Shown: positions 38,403 to 48,966, counted from the stretch's first letter. The stretch is 64,000 nucleotides of DNA from a candidate division WOR-3 bacterium (GCA_016934635.1 JAFGSK010000071.1:1294-65293); one strand, 5' to 3'. The notes: generated from the letters alone by a model not told the origin. Program-made: numbers and translations.

Positions 38403-39569
38403 GTGAAAAGAGCTCTTTCCATATCACCCTGGCCTTCCGTGTGGTCCCAGGGAGAGGGAGGCGGCTCACCTTCTGAGGCTTATGCGATTCGTGCAATTCA
38501 GGAGGCAGGATTCAAGGTTACCCATCTTTCCCCTCTAACACCGGATCTCCCAAAAATCGAGGAATCCGAAGGGGTTGAATTCGTCCGAATCGCCAACCCG
38601 TTTCGTAAATACCAGGCCATTCTAAAGACAGGCATAGCCTTTGCCTACCGCCTGCCGTCTATCTTTGAATGGAGCGGACTCGTTTCAAGTTGGCTTCACA
38701 AGGCGCACCACTCATTTGATCTCGTTGTCGGCCATTCCTCCGAAACCGTATTCGCTTTAAGGCTTGCCTCACGCTACCTGAAAGTTCCTTCAATCTCAAG
38801 GCTCTACGGGATAAGTGCATCGATAGATTGCCTGCGCAGAGGCCTGCGGCGGGAGCTTTACTTCGATCTCATCTCACTTCTAAGGCATCCGCCAGACCAT
38901 ATCGTTTTAACCAACGACGGAACCTGCGGTGATGCAGCCATGCTAATGTTCGGCATCCAACCTGGTTCTCATGATTTTCTCTTTAACGGTTACGAACCCT
39001 CCTTATTGAAAATGAAGACCCTTGAAGCTTCCCCCGGTTACGTTCTCACCGCCTCGAGGCTGGTTGACTGGAAAAGGGTCGACAGGGTTATAAGGATCGC
39101 TTGTCTCTGCAGGAACGTCAGGTTTATCATACTGGGCGACGGACCCGAGCGCTGGACACTGGAAAGGCTAATCAAGAAGATGAACCTTGAGGAAACGGTT
39201 GAAATGAAAGGGGAGGTGTCTCGTGAAACCATGTACGAGTACCTTCGCGGCGCTTCTGCTGTTCTTGCTGCACAGGATCTCTCCAATCTCAACAATACCG
39301 TGCTTGAGGCAATGGTTTTAGCTAAGCCGGTGGTGACGTTTGATACCGGTTGCACCGCTCAATTGATAAGTCACGAAAAGACCGGGTTGCTTTACCCGGT
39401 TGATGACCTTGCGGGTGCAGCTTCCGGCATAGAAAGGCTGATGAAAGACAAATCTCTCAGGGTTTATTTGGGTAAGCAAGCCAAGACCTTGACTCAGGGA
39501 CTTCTTGACCCTTGGCCAGAGCGGATTGCGAGGGAGGCGTCGATCTACCGAAGGTTCGGTTCGATGTAG
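38403..39569 (+). CDS. Glycosyltransferase family 4
   Basis: C-terminal GT4 fold: SRLVDWKRVD...EAMVLAKPVVTFDTGC...EKTGLLYP. Confidence 0.75.
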   Translation: MKRALSISPWPSVWSQGEGGGSPSEAYAIRAIQEAGFKVTHLSPLTPDLPKIEESEGVEFVRIANPFRKYQAILKTGIAFAYRLPSIFEWSGLVSSWLHKAHHSFDLVVGHSSETVFALRLASRYLKVPSISRLYGISASIDCLRRGLRRELYFDLISLLRHPPDHIVLTNDGTCGDAAMLMFGIQPGSHDFLFNGYEPSLLKMKTLEASPGYVLTASRLVDWKRVDRVIRIACLCRNVRFIILGDGPERWTLERLIKKMNLEETVEMKGEVSRETMYEYLRGASAVLAAQDLSNLNNTVLEAMVLAKPVVTFDTGCTAQLISHEKTGLLYPVDDLAGAASGIERLMKDKSLRVYLGKQAKTLTQGLLDPWPERIAREASIYRRFGSM

Positions 39570-39635
39570 CTGTAAACATACGGAAGATCAATCCTTGTTC
39601 TTGTTCCAGATGAATCGGTGATGAGTACGTAGGGA

Positions 39636-40763
39636 TTACTTTTTGGCGAGCAGGTCTTCGTAATAGTCCTCAAGTGTTTTGGTGGTAACGCTCAGGTCAT
39701 GAAATTGCATCACATGCTTTCTGCTTCTTCGAGCTATCCTGGGCCAGTGCTTTCTGTCTGCAATCAGCTTTTTTATTACCATGGCGAGGTCGTGCGGTGA
39801 TGTCTCTTCAGCAAGGTAGGGGTAGGCTTGAGGCATTACGAACGGGATGTCCGCATGACGTGTAGCAACTACGGGCAGACCTCTTGCCTGTGCTTCGAGG
39901 ATGGTCGTCGGTGCACCTCCCTCTGTCTCACCCGTCGATGCGGTCCTGCTCGGGGCGAGAAAGAAGTCAGCCTTCTTGAATTCCTCAAGGTATCTGCGGT
40001 AGGTAAGGAAATCGAGGAAGGTAACTTTTTCTTCCAGGCGGTTCTCTTTAACAAAGAGCTTTGCTGATTTCCTCAAGGGACCGTCGCCAACGATACGCAG
40101 TGTTATTTTTATTCCCTGTTCAGTTAATAACTTTAGCGCCTGGAGAGTATCGAGGAGACCTTTCTTTTCAACCATCCTGCCGGCCCACAACGCCTGGATT
40201 GTTCCACCTCTTTTCCTTAAAGGCAAGTTGAACTCAATCTTCGAGACAGGTATACCGATTCGTTGGAGCCTGACCTTTTCTCGAGGCGCACCCAGGTTAA
40301 TTAACTCCTTCATCATGTGCGGTCCTTCCGCAAGGAAAAGGTCTGCCTCATGCCATAACCTTTTGAACCGGCTGAGCCACAGGCTTCGCCTGGGCAGCAT
40401 CGATATGTCCTGACCGTAGAAGGCAACAATCATTCCTACTCGCAGGGTTTTCTTTAAGGGAAGGGCATAGGAACCCCAGGTGCCGAAATGGGCGTGAAGG
40501 AGTCTGATCTGTTCGCGTCTGAAAAGCTCACGTGCTAGCTGTAGGGAGAAGTGGCGGAAAGGCCCAAGGAACTGCATCCCAGGTCGAGGGAGGTTAACTC
40601 CCACGTCGTAGATGGAACCGTTGGAAAGCGGAAATTCATCACGATTCCTTGATATTAAAGAAATGGCCACAGGCCGGTAGCGCTTAAGCGACGAGAGCTG
40701 ATGATAGATAAACGTCTCTGAACGTTCGAAGAAGCAGTAATGGAAATGACCTACTTTAATCAT
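39636..40763 (-). CDS. Glycosyltransferase family 4
   Basis: RIVGDGPLRK...FLAPSRTAS...EGGAPTTILEAQARGLPVVATRHADIP. Confidence 0.8.
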   Translation of the reverse strand: MIKVGHFHYCFFERSETFIYHQLSSLKRYRPVAISLISRNRDEFPLSNGSIYDVGVNLPRPGMQFLGPFRHFSLQLARELFRREQIRLLHAHFGTWGSYALPLKKTLRVGMIVAFYGQDISMLPRRSLWLSRFKRLWHEADLFLAEGPHMMKELINLGAPREKVRLQRIGIPVSKIEFNLPLRKRGGTIQALWAGRMVEKKGLLDTLQALKLLTEQGIKITLRIVGDGPLRKSAKLFVKENRLEEKVTFLDFLTYRRYLEEFKKADFFLAPSRTASTGETEGGAPTTILEAQARGLPVVATRHADIPFVMPQAYPYLAEETSPHDLAMVIKKLIADRKHWPRIARRSRKHVMQFHDLSVTTKTLEDYYEDLLAKK

Positions 40764-41674
40764 CTTCTGCGTCTGCGCAAGAAGTATGATGAGAAGACCT
40801 TTCGGGGTCCTAGCACGGTCAGGATATTTTCAACACTTGCCCCGAAGCCTTGCTTGAATCTTTCGACCCCTTCGAGTCCGGCACTCGGTCCGAAATCGTA
40901 GATGCTTACTCCGCGTTTGGCAAGATGATTCATGATCTGGTAGTGCAGAAAATGTGCAGATCCAGGTTCAGGATCGGCAATACTTGCACCGTGCCAGTAG
41001 ATGGCTCGAGAAGGTTCATAGAGAACGAGGGCACCAGCCTGAGGGATTTCATCCTTGTACGCCATGAAAAATCCTGCAGTGTCAGCTCGCAGCAGGTACT
41101 CGCGAACGGCGTCGAAGAACCGGGGTGGATAAATTCTTGACGGTTTCTTCCTCCATCGTTTTATCGATTCCTCGTAAGCCTCATTGTAAGCCTCGAAATC
41201 GGATTCGCGGCGTGCAGGAGTAACCCGGATTCCTGAAGCCTGGGCTTTCTTTATTAGTCTGCGGTGGTGTGGCCGCAACTTGCGCTCACGGTCCTTAATA
41301 TCCAGGACATAACTTGCGGTTATGATTTTCCTGAACGATGTTCTAGTAAATGGGGAGTCAGGTCTCAGGTGTATGAGGAATCTTCCTCTTGTTCTTTTTT
41401 CGAGTTCTTTCCAGTAGGCGTCGACTAAAGCCTCCTCAGGTTTCTTTTGAGCTATCGGCCCTGCAGGAACACCCGGGACAGATGATTCGAAACCCCTAAG
41501 TAACCCTTGAGCCAACCGAATCCTCGAAAGCGGGGTGATTATCGTTTCCCATTCGAAGGTTTCATCCCTTGACTCAATCGATTTAATAACAGCTTGCCAT
41601 AGGGGAGAGGTAAAGGCAGTGGCCCAAGGGCAGACCTCCCAGGTTTTTCTCCAGGCCGTTACGTCAACGGGCAT
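40760..41674 (-). CDS. GNAT-fold acetyltransferase of the FemAB-like (Acetyltransf_6/BioF2-like) family
   Basis: FFMAYKDEIPQAGALVLYEPSRAIYWHGASIADP...HFLHYQIMNHLAKRGVSIYDFGPSAG..ERFKQGFGA. Typically co-located with DegT aminotransferases. Confidence 0.5.
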   Translation of the reverse strand: MPVDVTAWRKTWEVCPWATAFTSPLWQAVIKSIESRDETFEWETIITPLSRIRLAQGLLRGFESSVPGVPAGPIAQKKPEEALVDAYWKELEKRTRGRFLIHLRPDSPFTRTSFRKIITASYVLDIKDRERKLRPHHRRLIKKAQASGIRVTPARRESDFEAYNEAYEESIKRWRKKPSRIYPPRFFDAVREYLLRADTAGFFMAYKDEIPQAGALVLYEPSRAIYWHGASIADPEPGSAHFLHYQIMNHLAKRGVSIYDFGPSAGLEGVERFKQGFGASVENILTVLGPRKVFSSYFLRRRRR

Positions 41675-42854
41675 AGTAGGTTAAAAGCTTCTCGCAAGCC
41701 TTGATAACGTCAGAAATGTCTATATCTTCCAAACCCGGTGAGATGGGAAGGGAAAGTGTACGCTCCGATACCTTGGCGGCGACAGGAAAATCCTGAGGTT
41801 TGTAGCCGAAGGTGTCGGCGTAGAAGGAGTGCAGGTGAAGGGAGATGAAGTGTATGCCTGCACCGATGCCTTCCGCTTTCAGGGCTTCGAGAAAGTGATC
41901 GCGGTCGATCTTAAGGTAATCCAGGACCAGACGTGCAGGGTAGAGGTGTCGGGCGTGCCTGCCATACACAGGTTCGGAAGGAATCTCAATCCCCTTCATC
42001 GATGAAAAGGCTTTCGAGTACTCGTTCCAGACTTGGGTTCTTCGTTCATAGCTTTCTTCAATCCTTTCCATCTGGTGCAGGGCCATCGCCGATTGAAGGT
42101 CGGTCAGGTTCAGCTTGTAACCAGGTGTAACCGTGTCGTAGAACTTGAAGCCCTTTTCTTGAAATCTGTTCCATGCGTTGCGAGTAACACCGTGCATGCG
42201 CAGAAGCCTGAGACGCTCAACCCAGTCCGCGCGGTTAGTAGTGATCATCCCGCCGTCGGCTGTGGTGATGTTTTTTGTGGCATAGAAGCTGAAACATGTC
42301 GCATCACCCAGAACCCCGACGTGCCTGTCCTTGCAAAGGGTTTCAGTCGCATGGGCTGCGTCGCTTATCACCACGATATTTTGCCCATCAGCGATGTCGA
42401 GTATCCTCTCCATATCTGCCGGATACCCGTGAAGGTGCACTGGTAATATCGCGCGAGTCCTGGGCGTTATTTTTTTAAAAATTTCGTCCGGGTCTATATT
42501 GCAACTATCCTCACAAATATCTGCAAACACCGCCTTAGCACCGTGGTGAAGAACGACGTTTGCAGTTGAAGGATAGGTCATCGGAGAGGTTATTACCTCG
42601 TCGTCCTGATCCAGGTTGAGCAGTCCCAACGAGAGGTACATTGCCGCGGTGCATGAGTTGACTGATACCGCATGTTCGGCCCCGGTGTATTCGGCAAACA
42701 TCCGCTCGAAGCGTTCGGTCTTCGGTCCGTGTCCTATCCAGCCCGAGCGCAGGGTGTCGACTACCTCGGCAATATCTGCTTCTCGAATGACCGGCTTGCC
42801 GAACACGAGGAAATCTTTTCTGACAGGCGTTCCACCCTCGATGGCAGGTTTCAT
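41664..42854 (-). CDS. DegT/DnrJ/EryC1/StrS-family PLP-dependent sugar aminotransferase
   Basis: AVSVNSCTAAMYLSL...ITSPMTYPSTAN...SFYATKNITTADGGMITTN (PLP-lysine region). Confidence 0.85.
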   Translation of the reverse strand: MKPAIEGGTPVRKDFLVFGKPVIREADIAEVVDTLRSGWIGHGPKTERFERMFAEYTGAEHAVSVNSCTAAMYLSLGLLNLDQDDEVITSPMTYPSTANVVLHHGAKAVFADICEDSCNIDPDEIFKKITPRTRAILPVHLHGYPADMERILDIADGQNIVVISDAAHATETLCKDRHVGVLGDATCFSFYATKNITTADGGMITTNRADWVERLRLLRMHGVTRNAWNRFQEKGFKFYDTVTPGYKLNLTDLQSAMALHQMERIEESYERRTQVWNEYSKAFSSMKGIEIPSEPVYGRHARHLYPARLVLDYLKIDRDHFLEALKAEGIGAGIHFISLHLHSFYADTFGYKPQDFPVAAKVSERTLSLPISPGLEDIDISDVIKACEKLLTYYAR

Positions 42855-42938
42855 TAAGGGATTTTATCCGGAATCGGGGTTCAGTCAACGGATTTCAATG
42901 CGGGTTGACTTCCTCTATAAAAAAACTAGTATTGTCAG

Positions 42939-45044
42939 GTGATCGGTTTCTTGCTGTGGGTATTTTCGGCGTGGGGCGCAGGTTCTCCGGATTTTACGGA
43001 TATGCCGGTACGCCGTTCTCCCTTATACTCCAGTAACTTTCAAATCCTGGACCGCTGGCCGTATGGTCCTGGGTTTTCAGTGCTCGTTAATACGGATACT
43101 ATCTTCTACGCCAACGGCGCCGTGCTTCAAATCGGCGAAATCAACGTACAAAGCGAGGTATCCTGGTTATCCGAGGTTGTCTTCTCAGGCCTTGCATATA
43201 CAATGGTTCGTTCAGGCGACAGGCTTTACGTTGCAGTAGACGACCAGGGGATTTCAATAGTTGATATTTCCTCGTTGGATTCACCAAAAGAGATATATCT
43301 ATTCCAGACCTCTGGACGAGTGTTTGGTCTTACTGTTCGTGGAGATACCCTTTATGCCACAATGGGTGAGGAAGGGCTCCGCATATACGACTGCAGCGAC
43401 CCTTACTGTCCGCAACTCCTCGGGTCCCTGTTCGGGTTTAACCTTCGCAGCCTTGAGATGGATGCTAATCTGGTTTATGCGACCGACGTAAGCATAGGGC
43501 TGATGATGATTGATGTTTCCGATCCCTCCAGCCCGGACTCAGTTTCAAGTTTGTCTCTTACAGGACAGCACTATGGACTGGCCTTGGATACCTTGCGTAA
43601 AGAGGCCTGGGTTTGTTCTTTTGACGGCTGGTTGAACGTAGTGGACGTTTCTGATACTTCTGACTTTGAACTCGTTTCTACCCTTCCGGTGTTTGCGGCC
43701 TGGGCGGTTGATATTGAATACCCTTATGCTTATGCGGTTTCATGGAACGATTCTATGTACGTGTTCGATGTTGAATCGCATGACGCGGTCAGCGTAATGA
43801 GTCTCGATACACTGGGTATTACTGGTGTATGGCCTTATTCGATCTCAGTTGAAGATAACTTGGCTGCAGTATCAGGATATCTTGGAGGATGGTGGGTTTT
43901 TGATTGCGAAGATCCGGCAAATCCTGAGGTTACCGACGGCAGATTGCATGGAGGTATTTCCCAGGAAGTGTCGGTTAATGAAGATTGGATAGTCCTGGGT
44001 TTGCAAGCAGGAAAGATTGAGCTATTTTCGAAAGTGGGGCATCTTGAATCCGAGGCTTCGCTTAACATCTTGGACTGGCCCCAGGATTTTATTATCCAAA
44101 ACGACAACCTCTTTGTTGCCGAGAGCTGGGCAGGGTTTTCCTGTTATCGATTACCGGGTCAGGATTCAGATACTATAGAGTTGATTTTTCGTAAAGGATT
44201 CACGAGGATATACGTAAATGCCTTAGCCATTGGTGATTCATGTGCATACCTGGCATGTCGGGATTCAGGCATCGTGGTTGTTGACATGAGCAACCCCATG
44301 TTACCCCAGGAAGTTTCCCGGCTCAACCTGGATGCAAGGGTCATTTCCGTTCTTTTAGCAGGGAACGTGCTTTATGCAGGACTTGACGGAGGCGGCGTGT
44401 GGGAGATAGACGTAACGAATCCGGCAGAACCTGTGACCGTTCGTCTGCACCCGAGCTCAGGCACCGTACTTGATATGAGTTTGCAAGATGATATGAATCA
44501 GCAAGATGGATTGCTCTTTCTGGCTCAAGCTAACGAAGGCGTGGCCATCTACGATATTACAGATGTAAACTGGCAGTTTTTATCAGCTATTTCTACCGAA
44601 AACGTAGCCTTCGCATTGGAGCTTCAAGATGAAGTGCTTTTCCTGGCCGAGGGTTCGGCAGGTGTATCAGCCTACGATGTGTCTTCCCCGAACTTGCCTT
44701 CAGAACTCGGACGGTTAAATACAGGCGGCAGCGCCAGGGACGTTGCTTTAATAGGAGATACGGTAATGGTAGCCGACGGGTATGATGGTCTGATGAAACT
44801 CAGGTTTGGAAATCAAGGTGTGGAGGAGATTGAATTACCTTCTCCATCAGTCAAGGCTTTATCTAATCCTTTTGCACGCGAACTTCGGTTCAACCAACCG
44901 ATAGACGCTAATCTTTACAATGCCTGCGGTAGAATCGAAGCGCACATCACCGGAGAAGTGTTTGACGGGAGTCATCTTTTGTCCGGGGTTTACTTCGTAA
45001 AAGGCCACAGGTTTTGTTTGAAGGTCGTTAAGGCAGGGATCTGA
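42939..45044 (+). CDS. LVIVD-repeat beta-propeller protein with T9SS C-terminal sorting domain
   Basis: Repeated YATDVSIGLMMIDVSDPSSP / LVVVDMSNPMLPQEV / WEIDVTNPAEP units. C-terminus SNPFARELRF...LLSGVYFVKGH...KVVKAGI is like a T9SS CTD. Confidence 0.6.
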   Translation: MIGFLLWVFSAWGAGSPDFTDMPVRRSPLYSSNFQILDRWPYGPGFSVLVNTDTIFYANGAVLQIGEINVQSEVSWLSEVVFSGLAYTMVRSGDRLYVAVDDQGISIVDISSLDSPKEIYLFQTSGRVFGLTVRGDTLYATMGEEGLRIYDCSDPYCPQLLGSLFGFNLRSLEMDANLVYATDVSIGLMMIDVSDPSSPDSVSSLSLTGQHYGLALDTLRKEAWVCSFDGWLNVVDVSDTSDFELVSTLPVFAAWAVDIEYPYAYAVSWNDSMYVFDVESHDAVSVMSLDTLGITGVWPYSISVEDNLAAVSGYLGGWWVFDCEDPANPEVTDGRLHGGISQEVSVNEDWIVLGLQAGKIELFSKVGHLESEASLNILDWPQDFIIQNDNLFVAESWAGFSCYRLPGQDSDTIELIFRKGFTRIYVNALAIGDSCAYLACRDSGIVVVDMSNPMLPQEVSRLNLDARVISVLLAGNVLYAGLDGGGVWEIDVTNPAEPVTVRLHPSSGTVLDMSLQDDMNQQDGLLFLAQANEGVAIYDITDVNWQFLSAISTENVAFALELQDEVLFLAEGSAGVSAYDVSSPNLPSELGRLNTGGSARDVALIGDTVMVADGYDGLMKLRFGNQGVEEIELPSPSVKALSNPFARELRFNQPIDANLYNACGRIEAHITGEVFDGSHLLSGVYFVKGHRFCLKVVKAGI

Positions 45045-45103
45045 CATTAGTCAAGATTCACAACAATCGTATATACGTTACTCGAAAACCGGCTTCTACT
45101 AAC

Positions 45104-45131
45104 TTGACAAGCAGCTTAAAATCTATACTAT
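45104..45131 (+). promoter_or_regulatory. Sigma70-like promoter, TTGACA-16-TACTAT, upstream of the first paralog
   Basis: TTGACA at 45104-45109, -10 TACTAT at 45126-45131. RBS AAGGAGG before ATG 45191. Confidence 0.4.
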
Positions 45132-45190
45132 TTAGTTACAGATTAGTAAAGTACGAGAGGAATTATTAACGTAACCCCAAGGAGGTCTTT

Positions 45191-46894
45191 ATGAAAAGAT
45201 GGGTAAGTGTCTTACTCATGGCAGGTGTTACGATTGCATTCGGGCAAGCATGGTATATCGAAACTGTAGACAGCGGTGGAGCGGCTCTTAACGACGTTGG
45301 TCAGTATACATCCTTGGCTATTGACAATCAAAACTACCCTCACATTGCATATTATGACGTAACCAACCAGCTTCTCAAATATGCAACATGGAATGGAGCT
45401 GTATGGGAAATTGAGACCGTAGACAGCACCGAGGTCCCTGGTATGGTTGGTGAGTATGCGAACCTTGCCTTAAGCCCGGCAAACCAACGCCCCCAGATCG
45501 GGTATTACGATGCCGAGGAAGGCCATCTTAAGTGGGCAAGACTAAACTCAGCAGGTGATTGGGAAGTCGGTATTCCAGACGGTAATCCTTCGAACGATGT
45601 AGGCAGGGGATGCGACATCGTAATTGGCGCGGACGATTATCCTCACTTCTCTTATTACGATGCAACCGCATATTACCTTATGTATGCCCGTTCCCTTGGA
45701 GGGACATGGAACCGTGATACAGTGGATACGGTCGGCGTGCCAGCTGACTTCTGTTCTTCGATACTTCTCGACGGCTCGGGTGTTCCTCATATCGCATACT
45801 ACGTTATGGAAGGTGACACGGGTTATCTGAAGTATGCCCATCTCGTTTCAGGAAACTGGGTTATAGATACGGTTGAACTCAGGCCGAGTGAGGATATCGG
45901 TCTCTATCCCGATCTGGTTCTTGCGGCTAACGGTTCACCATATATTTCCTACTTCGATCGCACAAACGGGTACTTCAAATATGCGCGCTGGGCCAATGGT
46001 CAGTGGAACATAGATATCATCGATAATGCGACAAACGTAGGAGCATGGGGCAAGCAAGTTCTCGGTTCAACCTATGTGAGTTACTACGACGGCACTAACA
46101 TGGACGTGAAGTACGGTTATACAAGCGACTACCTGTCATGGCATACCGAGTCGGTCGACGGTCCGGATAACGTAGGTGAGTACACTTCGATTGCCTTGAG
46201 CAAGAAGGGCGAAATAAACTTTCCCCACATCTCATACTACGATGCGACTAACGGTGATCTGAAGTACGCAACAAAGATTCTTAAAGACGTTCAGCCAACG
46301 GTCGTAGTGGAGCCCAAGGGAACCGTGTACAAGGATACTTCGTATACACCTCGAGTTACGATCGTCAACAACGGAAATGCTCCGGTTGCCTGCGATGTCC
46401 GCTTTGAGATTAAGCACGGCCCTTCGGGTCTGCTTCGTTACTCTCAAACTTACGCCATGCCGTCTCTGGGAGTTGATCAAGAGACCGAGTTGGTTTACTC
46501 TACAGATTGGACAGTAGAAGACAGCCTTTGCTGGTTCTATATTACTGTTGAGACATTGCTTCCGGATGACTCGGTACCTAATAACGACTTGCTTCTTGAT
46601 TCGGTCTGGTCAGATACGATCCATGAGAATGCTTTTGAGGAAATCGTTCTTCCTGTTGCATATAATCTAACGGTTTCCGGAAACAGCATCAATTTGGCTC
46701 TGCCGCGTGCAGTTTCGGGCGAGCTTTGCGTTATGGATGTTACCGGAAGCCGCAGGTTGACCTTAGCAGAAGGGGATTTAACACAAGGCACCCATACCTA
46801 TACGATAGATGCGGATTTGCCTAACGGAATCTACTTTATCAGATTCGTGTGCCCTGATAGAAGCATGATACGCAAGACGGTTCTTGTGCGATAA
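45191..46894 (+). CDS. Secreted repeat protein, paralog 1: signal peptide, seven ~50-aa propeller-like repeats with motif P-H-I-[AS]-Y-Y-D-x-x-N-G-x-L-K-Y-A, T9SS C-terminal domain
   Basis: MKRWVSVLLMAGVTIAFGQA signal. Repeats HIAYYDVTNQLLKYATW, QIGYYDAEEGHLKWARL, HISYYDATNGDLKYATK. C-terminus GIYFIRFVCPDRSMIRKTVLVR. Confidence 0.65.
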   Translation: MKRWVSVLLMAGVTIAFGQAWYIETVDSGGAALNDVGQYTSLAIDNQNYPHIAYYDVTNQLLKYATWNGAVWEIETVDSTEVPGMVGEYANLALSPANQRPQIGYYDAEEGHLKWARLNSAGDWEVGIPDGNPSNDVGRGCDIVIGADDYPHFSYYDATAYYLMYARSLGGTWNRDTVDTVGVPADFCSSILLDGSGVPHIAYYVMEGDTGYLKYAHLVSGNWVIDTVELRPSEDIGLYPDLVLAANGSPYISYFDRTNGYFKYARWANGQWNIDIIDNATNVGAWGKQVLGSTYVSYYDGTNMDVKYGYTSDYLSWHTESVDGPDNVGEYTSIALSKKGEINFPHISYYDATNGDLKYATKILKDVQPTVVVEPKGTVYKDTSYTPRVTIVNNGNAPVACDVRFEIKHGPSGLLRYSQTYAMPSLGVDQETELVYSTDWTVEDSLCWFYITVETLLPDDSVPNNDLLLDSVWSDTIHENAFEEIVLPVAYNLTVSGNSINLALPRAVSGELCVMDVTGSRRLTLAEGDLTQGTHTYTIDADLPNGIYFIRFVCPDRSMIRKTVLVR

Positions 46895-46954
46895 TTGAAA
46901 ATTAGAGGACGAGAATGATTCGTATGGAATCACTCGTCAATAAGAGTTGATGCT

Positions 46955-46977
46955 CGGGCCGCTCGAAGGGCGGCCCG
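46955..46977 (+). terminator. GC-rich hairpin (CGGGCCGC-loop-GCGGCCCG) after paralog 1; weak U-tract
   Basis: 8-bp perfect stem with a 7-nt loop, followed by UAUCGUUUAA. Confidence 0.4.
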
Positions 46978-47097
46978 TATCGTTTAAGAGGAAAAAAAAA
47001 GGTAATTGTAATTACCGTGATAAACGAACAGAATCCTTAAGGTTTATTGAGGATTCGATGGTTCAACGGAAAAGAAGACTAATCCTGGAGGTCTTTA

Positions 47098-48864
47098 ATG
47101 AAGAAATGGGTAAGTGTATTGCTTGCCGTAGGGATAATAGTAGCATTCGGTCAGGTATGGCAAATTGAAGTAGTGGATTCGAACGCTAATTCGGGAATGT
47201 TCGCTTCCCTCGGTATCGATTCCTATAATCTTCCTCACATAGCATACCTTTACGCTTTTCCAGTCCCTACTTCGGTCTCCTCAACCATGATGCCTCAGAT
47301 AAACGGCGAACTGAGATATGCACACTACAACGGCACGAATTGGATTACCGAAGTAGTCGACGACAACAACGGCGACGGTGAGGTCGGAGCTTTTTGTGGG
47401 CTGGCCATTAGCCCTAAAACAGATCGCCCTCACGTTGCCTATTTCGACGCCTACAACGGCGATCTTAAGTGGGCAAGATTGAACGCGAACGGCTCATGGA
47501 CAATCGGTATACCTGATCCCAATCCCACCGATGTAGTGGGAGTTGCTTCCAGTATAGCGGTTGACGAGGCTGATAATGCCCACATAGCTTACTGGAATGC
47601 TGATTCAATGATTCTACTTTACACCACTCCTGACGGCGGGGGCGGCTGGCTTATAGATACGGTTGATTATTCCGATCCTGTGATGTCCATGTTTACAAGA
47701 ACGTCCATTACCTTGGATGATATGGGTAACCCTCATATAGCGTATTGCGTGGCCGATACCGTTACACAAACAGTCTTTTTGAAGCACGCCAAGCTAATTA
47801 CCGGAACCTGGATTATCGATACCGTGGAATACCGGGTTGGCGATATCGTGGGTTTCTGGCCTGATATCGAGATCGGTCCCACGTCTAACAACCTGCCCTA
47901 CATAAGCTACTTCGATGACGCAAACGGTTACATGAAGTACGCCCGGTACAATTCTATTTCGGACAGCTGGGCGCTCGGTGTAGTTGAAAATACCCCTGGT
48001 ACAGGTTCATTCGGTTCGCAGGTTCTTGGTTCTTCTCATGCTAGCTATTACGATGAGAACAACGGCCACCTGAAGTACGCCTATACCGACGATTATCTGG
48101 GATGGAACTCAGAAATTGTGGATAATTCCGGTGATGTCGGTATGTTTTCTTCAATAGATTTAAGTAATAAAGGTGACATGGTCTTTCCTCACATTGCCTA
48201 CTTCGACAGCGACAACGGTCATCTAAAGTACGCCACCAAGATTCTCAAGGATATGTTACCGGTATCCATAGACAATCCACCTCGACATGTTTATCCTGAT
48301 TCTACCTATCCTCTCGAGGCGACGATTCGTAACCAGGGTAATTCTGTTTGCGCCTGTTCGGTGTCATGCAGGATAAGGTTGGGAACGGATGATGTATACA
48401 TAGGTAAGGCGTACACCGGGGCTTTAAACGTTGACGAGGGAATACCTGTTATCTTCGATCCTCCAACATGGACGGCAATCAGCGGTTACAATAACGTCTG
48501 GTATCACATTCAGGTAGAAACGGAACTTTCGGACGATTCAGTACCTGATAACGACGTCCTAATAGATTCGATATTCGCTTCCGATACATTCACGAGTGAA
48601 GTCGTTGAAGGGATCGATATCGCCAGTTTCAATCTCAAGGTTTCCTCGGACCAGGTAAAGCTGACCTTACCTGTAGCGACCGATGCTGGACTATACTTAG
48701 TTGATGTTTCCGGTCGTTGCTGTCTCACCCTTCACGAGGGTTTTCTAGAAGCCGGTATCTATGACTTTACGGTTGATACAAATGCGTTATCTTCGGGCGT
48801 TTACTTCGTAAGATTCAGGTCACCAGCGACTAACGTGACGAGGAAGACTATCTTGGTAAGGTAA
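47098..48864 (+). CDS. Secreted repeat protein, paralog 2 (same architecture; T9SS CTD)
   Basis: MKKWVSVLLAVGIIVAFGQV. About 80% identical to paralog 3 over the N-terminal two-thirds. C-terminus GVYFVRFRSPATNVTRKTILVR. Confidence 0.65.
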   Translation: MKKWVSVLLAVGIIVAFGQVWQIEVVDSNANSGMFASLGIDSYNLPHIAYLYAFPVPTSVSSTMMPQINGELRYAHYNGTNWITEVVDDNNGDGEVGAFCGLAISPKTDRPHVAYFDAYNGDLKWARLNANGSWTIGIPDPNPTDVVGVASSIAVDEADNAHIAYWNADSMILLYTTPDGGGGWLIDTVDYSDPVMSMFTRTSITLDDMGNPHIAYCVADTVTQTVFLKHAKLITGTWIIDTVEYRVGDIVGFWPDIEIGPTSNNLPYISYFDDANGYMKYARYNSISDSWALGVVENTPGTGSFGSQVLGSSHASYYDENNGHLKYAYTDDYLGWNSEIVDNSGDVGMFSSIDLSNKGDMVFPHIAYFDSDNGHLKYATKILKDMLPVSIDNPPRHVYPDSTYPLEATIRNQGNSVCACSVSCRIRLGTDDVYIGKAYTGALNVDEGIPVIFDPPTWTAISGYNNVWYHIQVETELSDDSVPDNDVLIDSIFASDTFTSEVVEGIDIASFNLKVSSDQVKLTLPVATDAGLYLVDVSGRCCLTLHEGFLEAGIYDFTVDTNALSSGVYFVRFRSPATNVTRKTILVR

Positions 48865-48888
48865 AAAACGACAACTCACAAATAATTA

Positions 48889-48918
48889 TAGCCGCTCTGA
48901 AAGGGGCGGCTTTATTTC
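48889..48918 (+). terminator. Rho-independent terminator (AGCCGCUC-loop-GGGCGGCU + UUUAUUUC)
   Basis: Stem-loop followed by a U-rich tract immediately after the paralog 2 stop. Confidence 0.6.
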
Positions 48919-48938
48919 AAATCGGCAATTATTGATGC

Positions 48939-48966
48939 TTGACAAGGGGCGAAAATTCCTTAGTAT
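48939..48966 (+). promoter_or_regulatory. Sigma70-like promoter, TTGACA-16-TAGTAT, upstream of paralog 3
   Basis: TTGACA at 48939-48944, TAGTAT at 48961-48966. Confidence 0.4.

Noticed and set aside
46947-47168. 73-aa ORF spanning the paralog1-paralog2 intergenic region
   Set aside because: It bridges a terminator hairpin and the RBS and start of paralog 2, so it is not plausible as a gene.
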